Of a stretch of DNA of 17,542 nt, positions 6,839 through 14,405 are shown piece after piece (position 1 is the first letter of the stretch; each line of letters begins with the position of its first letter). The position numbers and the translations under genes are program-made. Where the stretch lies: positions 1-17,542 of the forward strand of contig JAYZBQ010000069.1 in assembly GCA_036338695.1 (NCBI GenBank), written 5' to 3'. The notes below the pieces were generated by a model. That model saw nothing but the letters and a program-made list of their open reading frames with translations, made no database searches and had not been told where the DNA came from. Source of the DNA: Myxococcota bacterium (lineage in GTDB: Bacteria > Myxococcota > UBA4151).

Positions 6839-8238
6839 TGGACGCCTATCCCTCCGAGAAGTTGCGCGCCCTTCGAGGAGCGCTCGTGCGCGCCAGCTTG
6901 GCGCAACCGATCGGCGCGCGGTCGAGCTACCGATGCCTCAGGCTAGGCCTTAACCTTGGACTCCTGCACCACACATGGATCGACGGTCAGCGCTGTGAGT
7001 TGCCGGCTCGCCCGCCCGTCGAGCCGTTGGTCGCCGAGCTCGACGCGCTCGGCGAGCGTGCGCTCAGCGAGCTGACACCGCAGGTCGCGCTGGCCATGAC
7101 GCGTCGTCACCTCCAGCTGATTGGCGACGCGGACCGCTGGGCGAAGCGGCGCTGGAACGCCGAGGCGGTCAACCGGGAGACGGGTGCAGCGAAGCTGGCC
7201 GTTGCCGTCGGTGGTGGGGGAGGCTCGGCCTTCATCGCCCTGGGCGCGATCGACCTGCTCGATGGCATGTTGATCCACCCCGCGCTGCTTGCGGGAGCCT
7301 CCATGGGTTCGATCCTGAGCGCCTTTCGTGCGCGCAGTCTCTCGTATCAGGTCGAGTCCGTCATCGAGGAGACGGCCGAGCTGACGCGCGAGCGAGTCTT
7401 TGGCGTCTCGACGCTCAAGAGTCGCTATTCGATCCCGGCGACCATACGCTTGACGCTGCAGAAGGGGTTGGGACCCTTCTTTCGCAATGAGGACGGGTTC
7501 GGGATGCGCTTAGGTGATACGGCGATCCCCTTGAGGATCGTCGTCTCTGGGCTGGTGGGCGCACCGCCGCGCGATCTCGAGTTCTATCAATACTTGCTCG
7601 ACAAGAGCTGGACCGGCCGCTCGGTGCGTCGCTTAGTGTTTAACTTCACCCGCCTCGCCTCAGAGTTTGTCTTTGGCGACCAGGCGCTCAAGACCATCGT
7701 CATGGGCGGCGACGAGTTAACGGATGGCTTGAGCATCGTGGACGCCATCGGTTTTTCGAGCTCGATCCCTGGGGTGATCCACTATGACGTCGAGCGGCAT
7801 GACGATGACACCCACCGACGCTTGACCGAGCTGATGCACCATCACGGAGTCAGCCGTCTCTTGGACGGTGGCTTCAGCGAGAACGTCCCGACCGTTTCGT
7901 GCCGCGAAGCGATCGAGCAGGGCGTGACCGGTCAGATGCATACGCTGGTGCTCGGGCTCGATGGTTTTGCGCCCAATCTGCTCAAGTCGCCGTTGTGGGT
8001 TCCGGCGCAACAACTGCTCAGAGGGCAGATTGCGCGCGCCAAACGCACAGCGGACCATTGGCACGCGTTCAAGCAACCTCTGAGCCCGCTGCGGGTCGTG
8101 CCGAGCACCGCTGCGATGCGTACGATTCTGCAGACAGGGCGTGAGGAGTTCGCCGATCGAGCGAGTGAGCTGCGCGAGGCGCTCGTGGATGTTCGACCAG
8201 ACTACAGCACGCTCAAGCGCCGCTTGACACGGGCGTGA
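6838..8238 (+). CDS. Patatin-like phospholipase family protein
   Basis: Gly-rich oxyanion loop VGGGGG, nucleophile elbow GASMG (GxSxG) and catalytic DGG (LLDGGFSENVP). TGATG overlap with the upstream gene. Confidence 0.88.
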   Translation: MDAYPSEKLRALRGALVRASLAQPIGARSSYRCLRLGLNLGLLHHTWIDGQRCELPARPPVEPLVAELDALGERALSELTPQVALAMTRRHLQLIGDADRWAKRRWNAEAVNRETGAAKLAVAVGGGGGSAFIALGAIDLLDGMLIHPALLAGASMGSILSAFRARSLSYQVESVIEETAELTRERVFGVSTLKSRYSIPATIRLTLQKGLGPFFRNEDGFGMRLGDTAIPLRIVVSGLVGAPPRDLEFYQYLLDKSWTGRSVRRLVFNFTRLASEFVFGDQALKTIVMGGDELTDGLSIVDAIGFSSSIPGVIHYDVERHDDDTHRRLTELMHHHGVSRLLDGGFSENVPTVSCREAIEQGVTGQMHTLVLGLDGFAPNLLKSPLWVPAQQLLRGQIARAKRTADHWHAFKQPLSPLRVVPSTAAMRTILQTGREEFADRASELREALVDVRPDYSTLKRRLTRA

Positions 8239-8278
8239 ACCGTCCCTAGAGACTGGCCCGTCTGTTAAGGATGGATCC

Positions 8279-9043
8279 ATGGCTGTAAATTTTCGCCCGC
8301 ACTATCGTCGTATCGACGACCTCACTGACAACCTCTTGGCGATGATTGACCCAGAGGGCTACGAGCTCCCGGAGCGGGTCCAAAAACGCATCGGCCGGCT
8401 CAAGCAGCAGTTGGAGTTGGCTTGGATCTTTCATGACTCCGGGCTGGACGGTACGGTCGTGACCTTTCATGAGATGCAGGCGGCGCTGAGTCGTCGCGTG
8501 GTCACGGACTCTTCATTGATGCCGCTGTATCAAGAGATCTGTAACCATCAAGAGGCGATTCACTACGGTCGCAAGGCGGCTGAGTCAGGGCGCCAGATCG
8601 ATCTCGAGTACGTGCGCGAGCTGCACCACATCCTGTGTCGCGACCTTCCGAACGTCCAGCCGGGGCGTTACCGCACCGAGATCATGCTGCACCGGGTTTA
8701 TCTCCATGACATCCACCGACCCGATCGCATCAGCTACCACCTCAACAAGCTGGTGCGCGACCTCTACGGTGAGGTGATGCAGAGCTACCACCCGATCAAG
8801 CGAGCGTGCAGCTTTCACCGCAGCTTTATGCACATCTTCCCGTTTCATCAGATGACCGGGAAGCTCGGTCGTTTGCTCATGAACCATATCCTGATCAGCA
8901 ACGATTACTTTCCGTGCGTGATGCACGTCAAAGATCGGCAGCGCTATTATCAGGCGCTGCGCGACTCGCTGGATGATGTGCGCCTGCTCGCCGTCGAGAG
9001 CATGGAGAACACGTTGCGGCACTCGGCGGAGAGCATCTCGTGA
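8279..9043 (+). CDS. Fic/DOC (Fido) fold protein with degenerate active-site motif
   Basis: Fic-like segments: WIFHDSGLDG, EI.NH.EA, VRELHHIL, PGRYR, HPI.RA..FH..F.HI, and RQRYYQAL. The signature reads FPFHQMTGKLGR instead of HPFxDGNGRxxR. Confidence 0.8.
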   Translation: MAVNFRPHYRRIDDLTDNLLAMIDPEGYELPERVQKRIGRLKQQLELAWIFHDSGLDGTVVTFHEMQAALSRRVVTDSSLMPLYQEICNHQEAIHYGRKAAESGRQIDLEYVRELHHILCRDLPNVQPGRYRTEIMLHRVYLHDIHRPDRISYHLNKLVRDLYGEVMQSYHPIKRACSFHRSFMHIFPFHQMTGKLGRLLMNHILISNDYFPCVMHVKDRQRYYQALRDSLDDVRLLAVESMENTLRHSAESIS

Positions 9044-9873
9044 TCCTAGGCGCTCACGCGAGCACTGAGGGTGGGTTACACACGGTCTTTGAGCGTGCCC
9101 AGGCTGACGGCGCAAAGTGCCTCCAGCTCTTCTCCAAGCCGAGCCAACGCTGGACGGTGCCGGCGCTCACAGCCGAAGAGGTCGAGCGGTTTCGGTCCGC
9201 TCGTGCCGCCGCCGGCGATCCGCCGGTGCTGGTCCATGACTCGTACCTCATTAATCTGGCGAGCCCGGATCAAGATAAGCTCGAGCGGAGCATTGAAGCG
9301 TATGCTCAAGAGCTGACACGCTGCGCAGCCCTCGGCATTGAAGATCTCAACATGCACCCGGGCGCCGCGACGGACGGTGATGAGGAGGCGGGTCTTGCTC
9401 GCTGTGCGGACGCGTTCCTTGAGGCGTATCTACGGGCGGGTGACCCGCCGGTGCGGACCATTATCGAGGCGACCGCAGGGCAAGGAAAGAACCTCGGTTA
9501 CCGGTTCGAGCATTTACGTGATCTCCTGGCGCGCGTCTGGGACCCGAGCCGATTCGCCGTTTGTATCGACACCTGCCACATCTTTGCAGCCGGGTATGAC
9601 TGGAGCACGCCGGAAGGCTACGCACAGACTTGGGACGAGCTGGACCAACTGGTGGGTCTTGATCAGCTCGCCTGGTTCCACCTCAACGACTCGAAAAAGC
9701 CGCTCGGGAGTCGCGTCGATCGCCACGCTGAGATTGGGCTGGGTGAGGTAGGCCTTGAGCCGTTTCGCTGGCTGGTCAACGACGACCGCTTCGCCGACGT
9801 ACCCGCCGTCCTCGAGACACCGAACGGGCGGATGCGAGAGAACTTAGAGACGCTGCGCAGCTTAGTGGCTTAG
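9040..9873 (+). CDS. nfo: Endonuclease IV (AP endonuclease family 2)
   Basis: LGAH.S..GG, HDSYLINLAS, HPG, E.TAGQG, CIDTCHIFAAGYD, HLNDSK..LGSRVDRH and LETP Zn-ligand motifs. GTGA overlap with the Fic gene. Confidence 0.96.
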   Translation: MILGAHASTEGGLHTVFERAQADGAKCLQLFSKPSQRWTVPALTAEEVERFRSARAAAGDPPVLVHDSYLINLASPDQDKLERSIEAYAQELTRCAALGIEDLNMHPGAATDGDEEAGLARCADAFLEAYLRAGDPPVRTIIEATAGQGKNLGYRFEHLRDLLARVWDPSRFAVCIDTCHIFAAGYDWSTPEGYAQTWDELDQLVGLDQLAWFHLNDSKKPLGSRVDRHAEIGLGEVGLEPFRWLVNDDRFADVPAVLETPNGRMRENLETLRSLVA

Positions 9874-11240
9874 GAGCCAAACCGATAGCGCAGAGCCAAA
9901 GCTGCGCTGAAGCCGGTCTGCCCGATTTCGCCTTGGATCAACCCGGGCGCCTCGACGACCTGCCCGGCGCTCGCCTCGACGCGGGCGTGAGCGCCCAGCG
10001 TTAGCGAGGAGCTCAAGCCCAGCTCGACCCCGGCGCCGACGCCGCCCGCAAGCCCGCTACCGTCTGAGGCGACGTTGACGCTCGGGCTCACCGAGCCCGT
10101 GATCATCCCCAAAGCGGTCTGTCCGCTGCGGACGTGCCAGCCCGCTTGAGCCTCTGCGAAGAGGGTCAGCGCAGCGCCTGCGAGCGAGGTGCGCACAGGG
10201 CGCGCTCGGAGGGTCACGCCTACGGGGATCTCATTCGTCTGCTGCGCCACCACCAGCGGAAGCGCGACGCCAGCGCCCGTGCGCAGGACACCGGAGCGCT
10301 GCGTCGGAGCGTAGCCGACGTAGAAGGCGGCTGCCATCAGCCGGTCGGTGCCCGGGATGTCGACCTCAAGCTCGACCTGCCCGCCCATGCGATCAGCGCG
10401 GCCGTGTGCCAGCCCTGCGAGGCTGAACCCGAGCTCGAGGTCACTGAGCCGTTCAAGCAGCGTCGGTCCGGCGGGCGCCGCCGGCCTAACCGCTGGCTTC
10501 GGCTTGGGCTGGGCTTGAGCGATCACCACCTCGCCCTGTTCTTCCACAGGCGGAAGGCCGGTGATGGGGCGGTCGATCACTGCCGGGCCCTGTTGATCCT
10601 TCTTCTTCGCATCTGCCTTGTTCATGGCGTCCGCCGCACGCGCCAGGCGATCACCTTTCTTGGCGAGCTTGAGCGCATTACGCTTACGCTCTTGCGCACT
10701 GCCCAGCGCGACGAGTCCAGGTTTCGGCTTGGCTTTTGGTGTGGGTTTTACCAGGGGCGCTAAGCCCACCAAGCCGGGGACCGAAGTCTCCTCTTTGGGC
10801 GGCCCCATCAAGCCCACCAAGCCGGGCGTTGCAGCCTCGGGCTGCTCAAAGGCGAGCGCCCCGGCAGGGGTCAGCAGGGACACGGCGACCCAAGCGCGCC
10901 CCCGCGGGACCTCGACCCGGAAGATCTCGCCGCCACTCGGCACAGGCACGCGCAGGAGCGCCGCCGGACCCGTCTTCTGACCGGGGAGGACCGCCTCGCT
11001 GCCACGCGCTAGCGGCTCTTTGGCGATCACGTCGCCTGCCGCACGGACGCGTAGCTCTTTCGCTCCCGCTGAGCGCGCAAGGATCTGAAGTTGACCGGCC
11101 TTGGGTGCGTGAAGCACCAGCACCTTTTTGGAGCGGATCAGCATCCACGCACGGTTCTCGCCGTCGCGCACCTGCTTGTGACTCGTCGTCGGAGCCAGGG
11201 CGGTGAGGATCAGAGTGGTCAAGCAGAGCGCAGCGTTCAT
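9870..11240 (-). CDS. Hypothetical secreted protein, probable C-terminal outer-membrane beta-barrel
   Basis: Hydrophobic N-terminal signal-like segment, a Pro/Lys/Ala-rich linker, and a Gly/Ala-rich C-terminal region of alternating beta strands ending ALALRYRFGS (beta-signal-like). It fills the gap between nfo and the desulfurase. Confidence 0.65.
   Translation of the reverse strand: MNAALCLTTLILTALAPTTSHKQVRDGENRAWMLIRSKKVLVLHAPKAGQLQILARSAGAKELRVRAAGDVIAKEPLARGSEAVLPGQKTGPAALLRVPVPSGGEIFRVEVPRGRAWVAVSLLTPAGALAFEQPEAATPGLVGLMGPPKEETSVPGLVGLAPLVKPTPKAKPKPGLVALGSAQERKRNALKLAKKGDRLARAADAMNKADAKKKDQQGPAVIDRPITGLPPVEEQGEVVIAQAQPKPKPAVRPAAPAGPTLLERLSDLELGFSLAGLAHGRADRMGGQVELEVDIPGTDRLMAAAFYVGYAPTQRSGVLRTGAGVALPLVVAQQTNEIPVGVTLRARPVRTSLAGAALTLFAEAQAGWHVRSGQTALGMITGSVSPSVNVASDGSGLAGGVGAGVELGLSSSLTLGAHARVEASAGQVVEAPGLIQGEIGQTGFSAALALRYRFGS
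10762..10826. repeat. 17-bp exact direct repeat encoding PGLVGL twice
   Basis: AAGCCCACCAAGCCGGG occurs at 10762-10778 and 10810-10826. A third, degenerate peptide copy (PGLVAL) lies near 10705-10722. Confidence 0.85.
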
Positions 11241-11325
11241 GGTGTCGCATCTTGAACTGTCTTGATGCGCTCGACAAGCGTGTATGGCTCACTCTAGAGA
11301 CGCTGACAGGAAGAGGTGAGAGCTC

Positions 11326-12492
11326 GTGATCTATTTGGATCATCATGCGACGACGCCCATCGCCGATGAGGTGGTGGTCGCCATGGCGGAGGCGCTGCAG
11401 CATCTGAGCGGTAACCCGGGCAGCGTACACGCGGCCGGGCGCGCTGCGCGTGCAGCCATCGATCAGGCCCGCCGTCAGGTGGCGCGCCTGGTCGGCAGCC
11501 GCGAGCGCGAGGTGGTCTTTACGTCGGGCGGGACCGAGGCGAACAACCTGGCGCTGAGGTCCGGTTTTGCGGCTCAAGTCGCTAAAGGGCGAGCGCGTAT
11601 TATCAGCAGCACGGTCGAGCACCCGTCGGTCCTCAACACGCTCGCCGATTTGGAGCGTCAGGGGGCGCAGGTCGTGCGCGTCGGGGTCTCGAGCGATGGC
11701 GCCTTGGATGAGCGCGCCTTTGAAGAGGCGCTCGACGATCAGGTAGGCGTGGTGAGCCTCATGTGGGCGAACAACGAAACGGGCGTGGTGTTTCCTATCG
11801 AGCGGCTCGGCGCTCAGGCGCAGGCGGCTGGTGCTTTGGTGCATGTCGACGCGATCCAATGGGTTGGCAAGGTAGCGACCGACTTTGAGGCCGCCCCGGT
11901 CGACCTCATGAGCGTTAGCGCGCACAAGTTTCAGGGGCCCAAAGGGGTGGGCGCGCTGATCGTTCGCAAGGGCTTGGAGCTTGCGCCTGCGCAGACCGGC
12001 GGGAATCAAGAGCGCGGCCTGCGCTCTGGGACCGAGAACACCGCTGGGATCGTCGGCTTTGGCGTGGCCGCCGAGCGGGCGCAGGGCGTCCTGCTGTCCA
12101 ACGAAGGGCGCCTGTCGGCGCTGCGTGATCGCTTCGAGCGGCGCGTGCTCGAGCAGGTCGAGGGTGCGCGCGTCAACGGCGCCACGCAGCCACGTTTGCC
12201 GACCGTGACCAATCTAGAATTCGATGCGCTCGAGGGGGAGGCGGCGCTCTTGGCGCTCGATATGCGCGGGATCTGCGCCTCGTCTGGGTCGGCCTGTGCC
12301 TCTGGGAGCCTGGAGCCCAGCCATGTCCTGTTGGCGATGGGGCGATCGGCCGAGCAGGCGCACGGCTCGCTGCGATTTAGCCTGGGTCCGGAGATCACCG
12401 AGGAGGCGCTGGATCAAGTCGTCGCTGTGCTCGCTGAGCAGATTCCAAACCTGCGCTCGCTGTTGCAGCTTGAGGCGGGCGCTACCTGGTGA
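11326..12492 (+). CDS. Cysteine desulfurase, group I (IscS/NifS-like)
   Basis: IYLDHHATTP, GNP.S.H, FTSGGTEANN, EHPSV, ANNETG, HVDA.Q, PLP-lysine SAHKFQGPKG, RSGTEN and catalytic SSGSAC motifs. Confidence 0.96.
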   Translation: MIYLDHHATTPIADEVVVAMAEALQHLSGNPGSVHAAGRAARAAIDQARRQVARLVGSREREVVFTSGGTEANNLALRSGFAAQVAKGRARIISSTVEHPSVLNTLADLERQGAQVVRVGVSSDGALDERAFEEALDDQVGVVSLMWANNETGVVFPIERLGAQAQAAGALVHVDAIQWVGKVATDFEAAPVDLMSVSAHKFQGPKGVGALIVRKGLELAPAQTGGNQERGLRSGTENTAGIVGFGVAAERAQGVLLSNEGRLSALRDRFERRVLEQVEGARVNGATQPRLPTVTNLEFDALEGEAALLALDMRGICASSGSACASGSLEPSHVLLAMGRSAEQAHGSLRFSLGPEITEEALDQVVAVLAEQIPNLRSLLQLEAGATW

Positions 12493-12548
12493 GGGGAGAT
12501 GACCACGACGCCGGCGTGTGGTAACACGTGGGGGGACAGGGGACGGAC

Positions 12549-14405
12549 ATGCGACTGGTGAGATTGAGCTTTACGGCGCTGATGATGATGGCGGTCGGCT
12601 GTTCTTGCGAAGATGAGACGGTGATTCCGATCCAGATCTGTGATCTCCGCACGGAGTGTGGGGATTCAGAGGCGCTTCGCCACGGGTCGTGCATTCGCGA
12701 GCGTTGCGCCAGCGACGACGACTGCTGCGCAGGTCAGCGTTGCAGCGGGAGCGGAAAGTGCAGCCCCATCGAGGACCGCTGCAGCAGCGATGAAGACTGC
12801 TCGGAGGCGGGGTTCTTTTGCATCGAAGAGGGGGGGCGTGCGCGCTGCCTGAGGCCTCGCTGTGAGACGACGGCGGACTGCGCGCTCGGGAGCTGCTTTG
12901 AGCGTCGCTGCGTCGTGGAGCCGCCGTGCCTTGAAGACTGTGAAGCGGGGACCTTCTGCGATGTTCAGTCGAACCGGTGTTTGCCCGTGCCCCGAGGGGC
13001 GAGCGGCTGCGACCAGAAATGCGGTCTGGGGCAGCGTCTGATGCTCGAAGACACCCAGACCATGCGCGGTGACATCTGCTGCGAGGCGACCTGTGTCTGC
13101 CGCGACCTCCCAGACATCGCCCCTCGGGACATTGGGCTCTATCTCGACGCGCAAGCCGAGGACGAGACCATCGCCGTCGCGGCGTACGAGCGACACTTTG
13201 GCGACCTCGTGTTCATGCGCCTCGGCTCGAACGGGAGCATCCAACTCCTCGAGTTTGTCGATGGTTTTCCGCAGTCCGAGAGCGTCGCAGGGCGCGTGGA
13301 CGGACCGCGGGGTGGCGCGCTCGAAGCCGGGCTCGATGTCGGTCGTTATCCCTCCCTTGCGCTGTTCGAAGGCGAGCCTCAGGTGGCGTATCAGCGCGCC
13401 GATGATGGCGCGTTGATGTTCGCATGGCGTCGGCAGGGTGCTTGGACCAAGGTGACGGTTGACGCCGGAGGCGGTACCGGGTTCGAGCCCGACCTTGTGA
13501 TCGACGCGCAAGGGCGTCCACACATCGCCTATCGGACGCGGCTGTCGAACGGTCAAACCGCGCTGCGCTACGCCGTGGCAGATCGCAGCAAGCCTGATCA
13601 CCCGAACCATTTCGTGTTGGTCAGCGTGGTGGCGGTCGACAGTTGCATCGACGGCTGCGCCGACGGGCAAACCTGCGTCCGAGATGACGCAGGCGAGCGC
13701 TGTTTGGCGGACGCGCAGGGCTGCTCGCCCTGCGCAGGCGGGACGATCTGCGTCCAGGCGGACGAGCCGGTTTGCCGTGCCCCAGCGCACCGCGCCGGCG
13801 AGGTCAGCGAGCGGTTGGTCGGTCGGGCGCCGGAGTTGCTTTTGCGCCCCGATGGGGCGGTTATCGTGTTCGGTGATACGCAGCAGGGGACACTGCGCGT
13901 GGCGCAGGTGGTCGGCGGGCGCACGGCGGGTGTGTTCACCATCGATGGTGACGGCGCCGGCGAGGACCGAGCGGACGGAACGCTCGGTCGCAGCCTCGCC
14001 GCGGCCTACAACGCGCAAGGTCAGCTGGTTATTTTCTATCGCGATGAAGAGACTCAGGCGATCCGTCGTTACATCGGTGCAATCGATGGCCAGGGGGAGC
14101 GCACGGTGGTGGATACGGGGCGGACGCAGAGCGACGAGCGCGGCGGCTTAGATCGCGTTCAAGGATCAGACCTCAGCCTCGTGATCGAGGCCGATCAAGA
14201 GCTCGTCGTGTTCCAGGATCAGAGCATGGGGGATGTCTCAGCCCTGATCGCCGGTGAGCGGCGCCTGGTCCGCTCGCAGCTGCTCGACGGCTTCTCGGCG
14301 CGACTGGTTCGGCTCGGCGGACAGCCGCTCGCCGTGCATGGCGCGGTCCGTACCGACCGCGACGGGGTCTCGCGCTTTGGTGTTGTGGTCGTCGGTCTGC
14401 AGTAA
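12549..14405 (+). CDS. Cysteine-rich putative lipoprotein with repeated beta-rich C-terminal region
   Basis: MRLVRLSFTALMMMAVGC is a signal peptide ending in a lipobox-like Cys (ATG 12549 preferred over 12528). About 28 Cys fall in the first ~185 aa as C-x-x-D-x-D-C-type repeats, with a second 8-Cys insert later. Repeats of G....LA....P.IAY type resemble propeller blades. Confidence 0.75.
   Translation: MRLVRLSFTALMMMAVGCSCEDETVIPIQICDLRTECGDSEALRHGSCIRERCASDDDCCAGQRCSGSGKCSPIEDRCSSDEDCSEAGFFCIEEGGRARCLRPRCETTADCALGSCFERRCVVEPPCLEDCEAGTFCDVQSNRCLPVPRGASGCDQKCGLGQRLMLEDTQTMRGDICCEATCVCRDLPDIAPRDIGLYLDAQAEDETIAVAAYERHFGDLVFMRLGSNGSIQLLEFVDGFPQSESVAGRVDGPRGGALEAGLDVGRYPSLALFEGEPQVAYQRADDGALMFAWRRQGAWTKVTVDAGGGTGFEPDLVIDAQGRPHIAYRTRLSNGQTALRYAVADRSKPDHPNHFVLVSVVAVDSCIDGCADGQTCVRDDAGERCLADAQGCSPCAGGTICVQADEPVCRAPAHRAGEVSERLVGRAPELLLRPDGAVIVFGDTQQGTLRVAQVVGGRTAGVFTIDGDGAGEDRADGTLGRSLAAAYNAQGQLVIFYRDEETQAIRRYIGAIDGQGERTVVDTGRTQSDERGGLDRVQGSDLSLVIEADQELVVFQDQSMGDVSALIAGERRLVRSQLLDGFSARLVRLGGQPLAVHGAVRTDRDGVSRFGVVVVGLQ

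Noticed and set aside
12502..12522. GC-rich palindrome ACCACGACGCCGGCGTGTGGT between the desulfurase and lipoprotein genes
   Set aside because: No U-tract and no second copy in the window, so it is not supportable as a terminator or REP element.
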